Counted from the first letter of the stretch, positions 38,814 to 48,497 are shown. The stretch is 64,000 nucleotides of DNA from Patescibacteria group bacterium (GCA_040388985.1 JAZKAU010000002.1:247642-311641), one strand, 5' to 3'. The notes: generated by a model from the letters alone, not told the origin. Numbers and translations: made by a program.

Positions 38814-40242
38814 GCCTTTGAATGAATTGTCCATACAGGAGGCAGCGAGCGCGCTTCGCGCGCGCGAGTGCACCGTCCGCGAACTGTGGGATGCCTGCAG
38901 CACTGCAGCCCATGCACGTAATGCTGAGCTGAATGCGTATCTCGAACTTTTTGACGCTGATGAAGAAGCGATAGCTGCGGCGCAGGCGCGCATCGACTCG
39001 GAAGGGGAGACCGCTCCGAAGCTCTGCGGCATGCCGCTTGCCATCAAGGACAACATACTTATCAGAGGACACGTCGCGAGCGCGGCGAGCAAGATGCTCG
39101 AGAATTACGAAGCCGCGTACGACGCTACCGTAATAGAAAAGCTCAAAGCCGCAGGCGCGCTCTTCCTCGGTCGCACGAACATGGACGAGTTTGCCATGGG
39201 GAGTTCCACCGAAAATTCTGCCTATGGTCCCGTACGTAATCCGCTTGATGTCGCGCGTGTCCCGGGCGGCTCTTCTGGAGGTTCTGCAAGCGCGGTTGCG
39301 GCGCACATCGCGCTTGCGTCGCTCGGCACCGACACGGGCGGTTCTATCCGTCAGCCCGCAGCGCATTGCGGGTTGGTCGGGCTCAAGCCAACCTACGGCG
39401 CCGTGTCTCGCTATGGCGCAATAGCGCTCGGTAGCAGTCTCGATCAGATAGGACCGCTCGGGAAGACCGTGGCGGACGTACAGGCCGTATACGAAGCCAT
39501 CGCAGGGACCGATCCGATGGATCTGACTACTATCCCTTCCGGCACCTATCTGTCTACGCCGCCTCCCGCGAGCATGCGCATCGGCGTTCCGCGCCATCTG
39601 CTTGAGACCGGAATCGACGAGGATTTTGCGCAGGCATTTGAGGAAAGCTTGAAGCGCCTCACTGCCGCAGGACACACGCTTGTCGATGTGAGTCTCCCGA
39701 CCAGTTCCTACGCGCTTCCGATGTACTACGTCATCATGCCTGCCGAAGCTTCGACGAATCTCGCGCGCTATGATGGTATGCGCTACGGGCTCGCTTCCCG
39801 CGGAGAGACGCTTCTAGACGATTATACGCAGAGTAAGACCGAAGGGTTCGGAGAAGAGACGAAGCGCCGCATACTGCTCGGTACCTTCGTGCTCTCGAGC
39901 GGCTACATTGACGCTTACTACCGCAAGGCCGAAGCCGCACGTGACGTCCTGCGCGAGGAATACCGTGTTGCCTTCGAGTCCTGCGACGTCATCGCCTTCC
40001 CGACGACGCCATCGCCTGCCTTCAAGTTCGGCGAGAAGAGTGATCCCGTATCCATGTATCTTGAGGATATCTTTACCGTAACCGCGAATATGACCGGCAT
40101 GCCTGCCATTTCCGTACCTATGGGCGCCGTGGACCGCGATGGCAGCACCCTTCCTATAGGCATTCACTTCACCGCTCCCCACGGCGCCGAAGACCATCTG
40201 TTCAAAATAGGCACTGAAGTGGAGAAGAGCCAGGTATACTAA
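38806..40242 (+). CDS. gatA: Glu-tRNA(Gln) amidotransferase subunit A
   Basis: Amidase signature GGSSGGSASAVAA; Ser-cisSer-Lys triad context; 478 aa. Confidence 0.92.
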   Translation: MTKPLNELSIQEAASALRARECTVRELWDACSTAAHARNAELNAYLELFDADEEAIAAAQARIDSEGETAPKLCGMPLAIKDNILIRGHVASAASKMLENYEAAYDATVIEKLKAAGALFLGRTNMDEFAMGSSTENSAYGPVRNPLDVARVPGGSSGGSASAVAAHIALASLGTDTGGSIRQPAAHCGLVGLKPTYGAVSRYGAIALGSSLDQIGPLGKTVADVQAVYEAIAGTDPMDLTTIPSGTYLSTPPPASMRIGVPRHLLETGIDEDFAQAFEESLKRLTAAGHTLVDVSLPTSSYALPMYYVIMPAEASTNLARYDGMRYGLASRGETLLDDYTQSKTEGFGEETKRRILLGTFVLSSGYIDAYYRKAEAARDVLREEYRVAFESCDVIAFPTTPSPAFKFGEKSDPVSMYLEDIFTVTANMTGMPAISVPMGAVDRDGSTLPIGIHFTAPHGAEDHLFKIGTEVEKSQVY

Positions 40243-40246
40243 AGAG

Positions 40247-40840
40247 ATGCAACCGACCGAGACTCCGGTACATTTCATCAATCTCGAATACTTCTTCCGG
40301 ATCCTGTACAACCTCCTGCACGGAGGCGGCGTCAGCACCTTCAGCGTAACCGGCCTTCTAGCAACGGCGGCCCACATCTGGCTTGTCTTTACGGTCATCG
40401 CCTATATCTTCTCTCTCGCTGCCATCGGCCTCCTCGTGTATAGCACCATGCGGCTCTATCAGATACGCAAGGAAGAGGAGCCGCGCTACGAGACTATCGA
40501 ACCGGAGGCCGCACGCCAGCACGTCGAGCACTCCCGTTGGTCGTACATCCAAAGCCTTATCGAGAGCGGTCAGGAAAGCGACTGGCGCCAGGCCATCATC
40601 GAAGCGGACATCATGCTCGAGGATACCCTCAGACACGCAGGCTATGCAGGTGAAGGAGTGGGCGATAAGCTCCGCAGTGCGAATCCTGCTCACTTCCGCA
40701 CGCTCCAGGACGCAGGTGAGGCCCACGGCGTGCGCAACCGCATCGCCCACGACGGCTCGGCCTACCAGCTCACGAACCACACCGCCTATCAGGCCATACA
40801 GAAATACCAGAATGTATTTGAGGAGTTCGGCGAGATTTAG
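40247..40840 (+). CDS. hypothetical membrane protein
   Basis: 197-aa ORF with two TM helices and no recognised motif. Confidence 0.5.
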   Translation: MQPTETPVHFINLEYFFRILYNLLHGGGVSTFSVTGLLATAAHIWLVFTVIAYIFSLAAIGLLVYSTMRLYQIRKEEEPRYETIEPEAARQHVEHSRWSYIQSLIESGQESDWRQAIIEADIMLEDTLRHAGYAGEGVGDKLRSANPAHFRTLQDAGEAHGVRNRIAHDGSAYQLTNHTAYQAIQKYQNVFEEFGEI

Positions 40841-40952
40841 GCTTGCAGTATCCATAAAAGACCGTATACTATGGATATAGCGAGCGAAGCATCGGGGATT
40901 TTCCCAAAGCGAGAGGCTAAGATGCAGAGCTTCGTTAGATAAAAATAAAAAT

Positions 40953-41290
40953 AGCGGGGTAGAGGAGTGGTACCTCGGGAGGCTCATCAAAAGGTGACCC
41001 TATCCGGTAACGGGTAGCGGAAAAACTCTCTAAATTGCTGGAATACCGTTAGAGCTTTCTGTGCTACAACGTGATTCGAAAGGGTGAGCGTGAATGCTTG
41101 AAAAACGGAAAGATTCGGCAATCAGCAGCCAAGCCGAGCCCATTCTAACGAATAGGCTCGGAAGGTTCAGAGACTATAATGGGAGGATCCCGCATCTATT
41201 AAGATTTGGGATCATGGTATAGTCCATTCCTGTTGGAAACATCAGGTGTAAAAGAACCTCCAGGCGCCGGTTCAATTCCGGCCCCCGCAA
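40953..41290 (+). tRNA. initiator tRNA-fMet (anticodon CAU) interrupted by a group I intron
   Basis: 5' exon 40953-40987: AGCGGGG-TA-GAGG-AGTGGTA-CCTC-G-GGAGG-CTCAT. 3' exon 41255-41290: AA-CCTCC-AGGC-GCCGG-TTCAATT-CCGGC-CCCCGCA-A. Very close to the E. coli tRNA-fMet 3' end. 1:72 mismatch (A1xA72). Confidence 0.8.
40988..41254 (+). ncRNA. group I intron (267 nt) in the tRNA-fMet anticodon loop
   Basis: 5' splice site after U36 with an internal guide GGUGA pairing the exon CUCAU. Omega-G at 41254. Core motifs P (AATTGCTGGAA, 41033), Q (AATCAGCAGCC, 41119), R (GTTCAGAGACTA, 41165), S (GGTATAGTCC, 41216). Confidence 0.8.
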
Positions 41291-41358
41291 CACGGTTGTG
41301 ATAGTGGAACCAAGACCGGTTCCCCTCAGAGATTAGTTCAGTACCGGTCCGAGTCAAT

Positions 41359-41392
41359 GCAGAGAAAGGCGCCGAGAGGCGCCTTTCTCTGC
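41359..41392 (+). terminator. 15-bp stem hairpin with GAGA tetraloop downstream of tRNA-fMet
   Basis: GCAGAGAAAGGCGCC gaga GGCGCCTTTCTCTGC. Confidence 0.5.
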
Positions 41393-41429
41393 TCCGAATA
41401 AAACGTCAAATGCGCTATACTTTCAGAAC

Positions 41430-43988
41430 ATGCCCAATCTTCTTGTTCTTTCAGGGCTACAAAAGAAAACTTCCGCGTTCGTAGTGGTATGTATATTCGT
41501 TTGTGCTTTTCCCGTCTCCTTGGTGCACGCGGCTTCGGTGCCAGTGGTCGGATTCAATAACCAGCCGAGCCAGACATCCGATACAGCCGTTACTATAGAT
41601 GTTCATATCAATGATACTGAAAGCGATCCGTCCTCTATTTCCATTCGCTATTCGCTTGACGGGGGAAATATCTGGCACGATGCCATGCACCTTTCCGGCG
41701 CTTCTTTTCCCATATCAGGCAATAGCGTTACTGGAATAACGACTTATGGCGATGGTCCGAATAACCGTTCGAACGTAGCATTCCATTGGGATTTCAGCGC
41801 AGAGCCCGGAATCGCGAGCTCTACCGAGACGGAAATAGAAGTGACTCCCCATGATGCTTCTGGCGACGGCGAACCGATCGTGTCAGATCCGTTCATGCTT
41901 ACGGCGCCGACGCCACCAGCCTCACCACCCGTGTTCGCGGAAGACTCAGGAGCGGTGACGGACATCACGCAGACGTCCGTCATCGTGCACTACGACATGA
42001 GCAGTGAAGGTTCTGCTCCGCTCTCGCATTTCGAACTCGATTACGCGAGCGATGCGTATTATCTCGCGCACGCCTCTTACGCGGAACACACGCCCATTAC
42101 GTTCTCGGGAGCATTTGCCGACTCAGGTGCCACTAATGTTACCGGCCTTTCCTGCGGTGCGATGTACCACTTCGCGCAGACGTTCACGAATGGTGACGGA
42201 CAATCCGCGACTTCCACCGATGCGACTTTCACGACAAGCCCATGCGACGGGGGAGGCGATGGCGGAGGAACGCCGTTCACCGAAGGCGATGGTTCGAGCA
42301 ATACACCGTTCATCGTGGATGACTGTACGCAGATTCCGACGATAAACGACGATTTGAGCGCGGCATACCTCCTTGATGCGAACCTCGACTGTCGCGAGAT
42401 GGGTACCGATGTCATGATAGGCGGTTTTGGCATGAATCCCTTCACGGGAACGTTCGATGGTGGCGGGCATTCTATTGCCATTGACATAGAGAACGCGGGC
42501 CAGCCAGGCATGGGTCTTTTCCGCTCGCTGTATGGAGCAACCGTGCACGACCTCGCCATAGCGCCTGACAGCATAGTTCTTGGTCAAGATGTAGACGGGA
42601 GCATTGCCGGTTTTGCATATAACTCGACCCTGACGCGCGTGGGATCAGCAGCCTTCGTCGTATCCGCAGCTACGACGCCTCAGTTTCCGCTTGCCGGAAC
42701 GGGCGGACTCGTCGGCGCGCTCTTTAGCTCGCAGATATACGGATCGGAATTCACGGGCATCGCCGCCTCGCCTTTTATCGTCGGTGGCATCGCAGGCCTT
42801 GTCATGAATGATCTTTCTGACGGACCACCGTCATTGATCTCGCGTTCGGATTCGGTCGGAGGTATATATAGCGGACTTTCTGCGGGCGGCGTCGCAGGCT
42901 ATCTCGATGGCGGGTCACAAATCCGTAATAGCTACTCAAGCAGCACGGTGCAGTTCAATGACGAGTTTGCGGGTTCTGATCCGCAGACGGGCGGCTTCGG
43001 CGGCCTTGTAGGCGTCATGGCCAGCGGCATCATATCCCGTAGTTATGCCGCAGGCTCTGTTGCCGCTGGCCCAGACTCAGTATTCTTCCCGTCAGGCGGC
43101 CTTGTCGGTTTCATGGAGTCGCCGGACGCACGTATCGTGCATTCGTTCGCCGCGCCGAACATTACGACTGATGGGGCTCCCGTCGGAGGATTCGTTGGTG
43201 GCGTGAATGAATCGGAAACACCGTTAACAGGGTTATATGATGACTATTTCGACACGCTAAGGACTGAAGAGACCGTGTGTGTTTCCGGCGATACTAGTGC
43301 ACGAGCCGATTGTACGGGCGTAGACGGTAGCGCGAGCGGATACTGGCTCAACACGCATGATACGCCGATAGCGGCATGGAACATTTCTGAAGTGTGGGAT
43401 GTTTCTGGTGAGCATGATGGATTTCCACTCCTTCTCGGATATGCGGGTCCAGAAACAGAAGAATCAGATGCACGCGATTCTGGCGAAGACAGCGTTAGCG
43501 AGGATATTCCTCTTCCTTCGCATCATTCGGGCAGCGCGCCGTCTAAGCGCAGCGTGCTGAGTCGCCTCGACACGTATCTCAAGAATGGAGACAGCAAAGG
43601 CCTGGCGGAGTACGTGCAGCGTAACCAAGGACGTCTCGATCAATATGTCGAACAAGGTCAAGCGCTTCCTCCCGAAGTCGCGTCGCTTCTCAGTATCGGG
43701 CCTGCGGCCGCGCCTGTCGTCGTCGTGACGTATCCGCTTCGGAACCTTCAGAAAGGGATGGCGGGTGGCGATGTGAGCGCGCTCCAGACGCTCCTCATAA
43801 AGGAGGCGGCAGGGTCGGCCGCCTCAGTGCTTGCGCAGACCGGTGCAACGGGTTATTTCGGTCCGCTGACTCAAGCAGCGCTCGCTGAATATCAGAAAGC
43901 GCACGGTATCGTCCCGTCTGCCGGTTACTTCGGTCCGCTCACGCAAGCGTTGATGAAAGCTGCGGGATTGACGGGACTGTGGTGGTAG
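41430..43988 (+). CDS. secreted GLUG-motif repeat surface protein with Fn3-like N-terminal region and C-terminal PG_binding_1 domain
   Basis: 852 aa. Signal peptide. Repeated Gly-rich GGLVG / GGIAGL / GGVAGY / GGFGGLVG blocks (GLUG-like). C-terminal GATGYFGPLTQAALAEYQ. Confidence 0.75.
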   Translation: MPNLLVLSGLQKKTSAFVVVCIFVCAFPVSLVHAASVPVVGFNNQPSQTSDTAVTIDVHINDTESDPSSISIRYSLDGGNIWHDAMHLSGASFPISGNSVTGITTYGDGPNNRSNVAFHWDFSAEPGIASSTETEIEVTPHDASGDGEPIVSDPFMLTAPTPPASPPVFAEDSGAVTDITQTSVIVHYDMSSEGSAPLSHFELDYASDAYYLAHASYAEHTPITFSGAFADSGATNVTGLSCGAMYHFAQTFTNGDGQSATSTDATFTTSPCDGGGDGGGTPFTEGDGSSNTPFIVDDCTQIPTINDDLSAAYLLDANLDCREMGTDVMIGGFGMNPFTGTFDGGGHSIAIDIENAGQPGMGLFRSLYGATVHDLAIAPDSIVLGQDVDGSIAGFAYNSTLTRVGSAAFVVSAATTPQFPLAGTGGLVGALFSSQIYGSEFTGIAASPFIVGGIAGLVMNDLSDGPPSLISRSDSVGGIYSGLSAGGVAGYLDGGSQIRNSYSSSTVQFNDEFAGSDPQTGGFGGLVGVMASGIISRSYAAGSVAAGPDSVFFPSGGLVGFMESPDARIVHSFAAPNITTDGAPVGGFVGGVNESETPLTGLYDDYFDTLRTEETVCVSGDTSARADCTGVDGSASGYWLNTHDTPIAAWNISEVWDVSGEHDGFPLLLGYAGPETEESDARDSGEDSVSEDIPLPSHHSGSAPSKRSVLSRLDTYLKNGDSKGLAEYVQRNQGRLDQYVEQGQALPPEVASLLSIGPAAAPVVVVTYPLRNLQKGMAGGDVSALQTLLIKEAAGSAASVLAQTGATGYFGPLTQAALAEYQKAHGIVPSAGYFGPLTQALMKAAGLTGLWW

Positions 43989-44013
43989 GCCGGTTCAATT
44001 CTGGCCCTCGCTA
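43988..44013 (+). repeat. partial direct copy of the tRNA-fMet 3' end (T-arm plus acceptor); candidate attR-like scar
   Basis: GGCCGGTTCAATTCTGGCCCTCGCTA versus the tRNA GCGCCGGTTCAATTCCGGCCCCCGCAA (24/27). Confidence 0.55.
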
Positions 44014-44050
44014 AGGACGTTCCATTTTTGATGCGATGCCCATCCTGGCG

Positions 44051-44078
44051 GTGAATGAACGCAAAAGCCGCCCAAGGG
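44051..44078 (+). terminator. rho-independent terminator
   Basis: GCAAAAGCCGCCC aa GGGCGGCTTTTGC followed by GTTTGT. Confidence 0.6.
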
Positions 44079-44113
44079 CGGCTTTTGCGTTTGTACGTAC
44101 CGAATCTTCGTAT

Positions 44114-44326
44114 TTAGGACGCGCGCATATAGCACTTGCAGCCCCCGCCCATCCACTTCACGAGGCCGGCGAGAATCACCAGGATCGGCCACGCGACGCT
44201 CGTAAAGCTGACCGTAACGACGTTCAGCGCCTCAAGCAAGAAGAGGAGGCCGAGCAGGATGATGAGAACGGGCATGGTCTTGTGGTGTCCGCAGGAGCAC
44301 GCCGGGGCGTTATTCATGTGATTCAT
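44114..44326 (-). CDS. small hypothetical membrane protein with Cys/His-rich termini
   Basis: 70-aa ORF with CSCGHH at the N-terminus, a TM helix, and GGGCKC at the C-terminus. No RBS. Weak call. Confidence 0.3.
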   Translation of the reverse strand: MNHMNNAPACSCGHHKTMPVLIILLGLLFLLEALNVVTVSFTSVAWPILVILAGLVKWMGGGCKCYMRAS

Positions 44327-44435
44327 ACTTGAATACAGGCAGGTTACGGCTTATAGGATTACTCTATAATCATACCCCGAATATCAGGGCCGCCCGAAGT
44401 CAGGGTGCATAACGCCTGTTAGAATAAAGTTATCT

Positions 44436-45023
44436 ATGGAAGCTAACCCGCTCTTACGGAAAGGACTTTTTCTCGAATATCTAACGCTGGGCTGGAATGT
44501 CGTCGGGTCCGTAATCGCGGTATGGGCAGGTATTCAGGCATCTTCCCTCGCGATCTTCGGTTTCGGCATCGACTCAGTCATAGAGATATTCGCTTCCGTC
44601 GTGGTGGTCTGGCAGTTGAAAGCTATCAATACGGACAATGAGCGCTTCGCGCTCAAGCTCATCGGCGCGGCATTCATGGCGCTATCCCTCTATCTGCTCG
44701 TGCGCGCAGTCAGTACGCTCGTACACCACGTTCATCCGCAGGCTTCCACGCTCGGCGCGCTCTGGCTTCTTATAACCGCGATAGCCATGTTCCTGCTCGC
44801 GCACGGCAAGAGACGGGTAGGGAAGCAGTTAGGAAATACGGTGCTTCAGGAGGAGGCCATCGTCACGGCTGTTGATGGACTGCTCGCGGCAGCGCTTCTT
44901 CTCGGGGTCCTGCTTGATATGTACCTGGGGTGGTGGTGGGCCGACCCGCTCGCGAGTCTCGTCCTCGTCTATATCGGCGGACGCGAGGCTATCCACATTT
45001 TCGTGGGCAGCCATTCTCATTAA
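44436..45023 (+). CDS. cation diffusion facilitator-like membrane protein (TM domain only)
   Basis: Six TM helices; GFGIDSVIEIF and WADPLASLVLV motifs resemble CDF TM2 and TM5; no cytoplasmic C-terminal domain. Confidence 0.5.
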   Translation: MEANPLLRKGLFLEYLTLGWNVVGSVIAVWAGIQASSLAIFGFGIDSVIEIFASVVVVWQLKAINTDNERFALKLIGAAFMALSLYLLVRAVSTLVHHVHPQASTLGALWLLITAIAMFLLAHGKRRVGKQLGNTVLQEEAIVTAVDGLLAAALLLGVLLDMYLGWWWADPLASLVLVYIGGREAIHIFVGSHSH

Positions 45024-45069
45024 GACTATACTGTGCGTATGTCCGTCCTGAAGCTTTCCTCGCTCTGCT

Positions 45070-46446
45070 ATGTTTGATCCGCGACGCGCAGCATACAAAT
45101 TCTTCAAGGCGCCTGCCGAGGCGCTTGAGAAGACCATAGAATACGCAGAAGCCGGCGAACACGCGCTTGCGAGCAAGAAGCCGCTGCGGCTCGCCGGAGA
45201 ATATTTCAATACGCTCGGGCCCGGCCTCACGACAGGCGCCGCTGATGACGACCCTTCGGGCATCGGCACCTACTCTCAGACCGGCGCGCAGTTCGGCTTC
45301 CAGCTGCTCTGGCTCTCGCTCCTCACTTTCCCGTTCATGGCGATGGTTCAGGAGATGTGCGCGCGCATCGGACTCGTTACGGGGCAGGGACTTGCGGCCA
45401 ATATCCGCAAGTACTATTCACGGCAGACGCTTCATTTCATTACGATCCTTCTCTTCGCCGCAAATGCGCTCAACATCGCCGCGGACCTCGGCGCCATGGC
45501 GGCAAGCACGAAACTTCTTTTTCCGCACATAAGCGTGGCCTTAGTCCTCATATTATTCGCGCTTGTGAGCCTATTGCTCCAGATATTCACTACGTACGCG
45601 CGGTATGCCAGGTTCCTGAAATACACGGCGCTCGCGCTCCTCGCCTACGTCTTCACCGCCTTTGCCGTTCATGTCGACTGGGCGGCGGCGCTTCGCGGCA
45701 CCGTCATCCCTACCTTGCAGCTGTCCAAGGATCAGCTTTTCCTCCTCTGCGCCATTCTCGGTACCACCATATCGCCCTATCTCTTCTTCTGGCAGACCTC
45801 CCAGGAAGTCGAAGAAGATATCCTCAAAGGGGAGAAGACAGTAGCGCAGCGCAAGGCCGCGGTCGAGCCGCAGGACATCGCGCGCATGCGTGTTGATGTA
45901 TGGACCGGCATGTTCGTCTCGAATCTCATCATGTTCTTCATCATCGCCGCCTGCGCGGCGACGCTCCATGCAAACGGCATCACGAATATCGCCACCGCTG
46001 ACCAGGCCGCCTCAGCCATCCGGCCGTTCGGCGGCGCGCTGACCTACTTCTTCTTCGCGCTCGGCATCATCGGCACGGGACTGCTCGCCGTCCCGGTACT
46101 GGCAGGCTCGAGCGCCTACGCTATCGCTGAGAGTTTCGGCTGGAAGCAGGGTCTCTACCGCAAGCTCAAGCAGGCCTATGCCTTCTACGGCGTCATCATC
46201 GTCTCGATGCTTATCGGCCTGGTCGCGAACTTCATGCACCTGGACCCGATCAAGGGCCTCATCTACTCTGCAGTCGCTAACGGTCTCGTCGCCCCTATCG
46301 TGCTCTTCTACATCGTGCGCATGAGCAGCAACAAGAAGATCATGCATACGAGAAAGAATCATCCGTTCATCACTGTCTGCGGGTGGATCATTACGGTCAT
46401 CATGGTAGTCGCCGGCGCTGCCGCCATCGGCTCGCTTTTCTTCTAG
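45070..46446 (+). CDS. mntH: Nramp-family divalent metal transporter
   Basis: GPGLTTGAADDDPSGIGTYS Nramp signature, 11-12 TM helices, 458 aa. Confidence 0.85.
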   Translation: MFDPRRAAYKFFKAPAEALEKTIEYAEAGEHALASKKPLRLAGEYFNTLGPGLTTGAADDDPSGIGTYSQTGAQFGFQLLWLSLLTFPFMAMVQEMCARIGLVTGQGLAANIRKYYSRQTLHFITILLFAANALNIAADLGAMAASTKLLFPHISVALVLILFALVSLLLQIFTTYARYARFLKYTALALLAYVFTAFAVHVDWAAALRGTVIPTLQLSKDQLFLLCAILGTTISPYLFFWQTSQEVEEDILKGEKTVAQRKAAVEPQDIARMRVDVWTGMFVSNLIMFFIIAACAATLHANGITNIATADQAASAIRPFGGALTYFFFALGIIGTGLLAVPVLAGSSAYAIAESFGWKQGLYRKLKQAYAFYGVIIVSMLIGLVANFMHLDPIKGLIYSAVANGLVAPIVLFYIVRMSSNKKIMHTRKNHPFITVCGWIITVIMVVAGAAAIGSLFF

Positions 46447-46565
46447 ATTAGACCGAAGCTTTTCATCGCCGCGGCAATAACAGAGCTCAAAGCAAGGTTC
46501 TGAGCCGTCGGCGACAGGGATCAGTACCTAATCGGAAAAGCTGCAAGGTCGTATATACTACTTTC

Positions 46566-47576
46566 ATGTCAATGGAGCGCGCCGCAAAGCGGAATCTCGA
46601 TAGTACTCAGCAACTCTTGGAAAGAGGCCGCATCGCCTCTCCAAACGAATTACAACGGCAACTGACCGAGACCTGGATACTTCCGTATCAAGAGCTAATC
46701 ATAGAGGACGTCGGAGTCCTTCGGAAAGAAGCTGATAAGTCCCTTGAAAAAGATAGCGAGATTCGCCAACAACTCCGAAGCTGGGATAAGAAATACCCAG
46801 AAGGCTTTTGCCGGGAAATCAATGCGGCAGTATACGACCGCATGATGGGAGCGATGTTGGACCGCAGCTTGCCGGGCCTTCAGGCGGTCAAGAACTTCAT
46901 ACGGGAAGGCGGTATCGTACAGAAATTCTGGGGAATCGACAAAGGCCGCTATTTCCAGAATGCGATACAGATAGGAAATTCGATCCTAGACGTTGCGAAC
47001 GACACGGTTGACCCGAGCAAGCCTCCGGTCGTCTTCTACCCGAACATGGGCGAAGCTCCTCTAAAGAACATCGAGACAATAGCAGAGTTCGCAGATGTCG
47101 TGGAAAGCTACTGGGATCGCGAGGTCTATCCGAATATCTATTTCCCGCATCTCGCTCCCGTGTTTCCGGTACTGTCCATAATGGCACCCAGAGGTCCGGT
47201 AAAGGACGAAATTCTTGGATTCGAGACCGATAACCTGATTCTGGCCTTCAACAATATCGGGACCGTGCGTGACGGCCATCTGTTCGGGCTCTCCTCAGAT
47301 TTCATATTTCATAGCACGTATAGCGATAAGCGCATTCCTGACGCCATGCTGGCTAACTTATTCGAGAGTGAGAATGTAAGGAAACTGCAAAGACGCCGCC
47401 CGGGCGGCTTATTCGAAGTTACTGATGATCCGGAGAAGGCCAGGGAAGTATTTGCATCCTATCATTACTATCCAGGCATGACGGAGATCCCTAAGTCGTG
47501 CACGGATGATTTTGTGGAGCAAGCCCGATTCGCAAGGGGGCTTGAGCGCGCTATCCTAGCGAAAGTACGAAAATAG
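46566..47576 (+). CDS. hypothetical protein
   Basis: Lower-GC 336-aa ORF with no recognised motif. Confidence 0.55.
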   Translation: MSMERAAKRNLDSTQQLLERGRIASPNELQRQLTETWILPYQELIIEDVGVLRKEADKSLEKDSEIRQQLRSWDKKYPEGFCREINAAVYDRMMGAMLDRSLPGLQAVKNFIREGGIVQKFWGIDKGRYFQNAIQIGNSILDVANDTVDPSKPPVVFYPNMGEAPLKNIETIAEFADVVESYWDREVYPNIYFPHLAPVFPVLSIMAPRGPVKDEILGFETDNLILAFNNIGTVRDGHLFGLSSDFIFHSTYSDKRIPDAMLANLFESENVRKLQRRRPGGLFEVTDDPEKAREVFASYHYYPGMTEIPKSCTDDFVEQARFARGLERAILAKVRK

Positions 47577-47639
47577 CTGCCCCGACTTCTCGGCACGCGT
47601 TCATCATAGGTACATACGAAGCCGGTATATACTTGGAGC

Positions 47640-48365
47640 ATGAAAAAAGACATCACCATAGGCGGCGCAGCCGTATACCATACGTATCCTGACGACGGGC
47701 AGAAGCACCCGGGGCTTATCGTTATCGAGGAGATCTGGGGCGTAAACGACCACATCCGCTCGGTGGCTGATCGATTCGCGTCTGAAAGGTACAGCGTGCT
47801 CTCGCCTGAACTACTGCCGCCCGGCTTGCTGGAGGCGCTCACGCCACAGGTACAGAAGGATCTCTTCGATCCTGAGAAACGACACGAGGTGCAGCCGAAG
47901 CTGCGTGAAGCCATGGGTCCTATCAACCAGCCCGAGTATGCGGCTGCGACCATTGCGACCCTCAAGGCCTGTGTCGACTATCTGCTTGCGGACGAAGGAG
48001 TCAGCGGCAACGTTGCCGTCGTCGGTTTCTGCTTCGGCGGCAGCTACAGCTTCCATCTGGCTGGGCACGACTCACGTATACGGGCTGCGGTCCCGTTCTA
48101 CGGTCACCCGCCGAAAGATGATGAATTGCCGAACATCAGCTGCCCGATACTGGCCTTTTATGGTGACCAAGACGCCGCTCTGATGGAGTCGCTCCCGAAG
48201 CTCAAAGAAGACATGGAAAAGTCCGGGAAGAACTTCGAGCCTGTCGTATATCCTGGTGTCGGCCATGCCTTCTTCAATGACACGAATGCACGCGCCTATG
48301 ATGCCGGAACCGCGCAGGACGCGTGGGAGAAGGCGCTTGCGTTCTTGCGAACGAATCTGACGTAG
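47640..48365 (+). CDS. dienelactone hydrolase-family alpha/beta hydrolase
   Basis: Nucleophile elbow VVGFCFGGSYS; C-terminal GVGHAF His motif. Confidence 0.8.
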   Translation: MKKDITIGGAAVYHTYPDDGQKHPGLIVIEEIWGVNDHIRSVADRFASERYSVLSPELLPPGLLEALTPQVQKDLFDPEKRHEVQPKLREAMGPINQPEYAAATIATLKACVDYLLADEGVSGNVAVVGFCFGGSYSFHLAGHDSRIRAAVPFYGHPPKDDELPNISCPILAFYGDQDAALMESLPKLKEDMEKSGKNFEPVVYPGVGHAFFNDTNARAYDAGTAQDAWEKALAFLRTNLT

Positions 48366-48497
48366 AGCAGTCAGGGGGGAGGGCAGGTCGAATTCGACTT
48401 ATGCCATAGGCCAGGCTAGCTGCATATATAAAGCGCGTAGAGAGCTAGATACATAGCCTAATCGTCTTCATACATAGCTAATCAGATTAGTAGTACC

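Noticed and set aside
40953-41312. tmRNA (ssrA) interpretation of the ~350-nt region with a tRNA-like 3' end
   Set aside because: No G3-U70 pair and no plausible tag ORF. The exons instead reconstruct tRNA-fMet exactly, and the intervening sequence has the group I P, Q, R and S motifs.
44036-44332. ORFs 44036-44332 (+) and 43995-44192 (-) in the mntH-upstream intergenic region
   Set aside because: They overlap a terminator hairpin and have poor composition. Only the 70-aa minus-strand TM ORF was kept, at low confidence.
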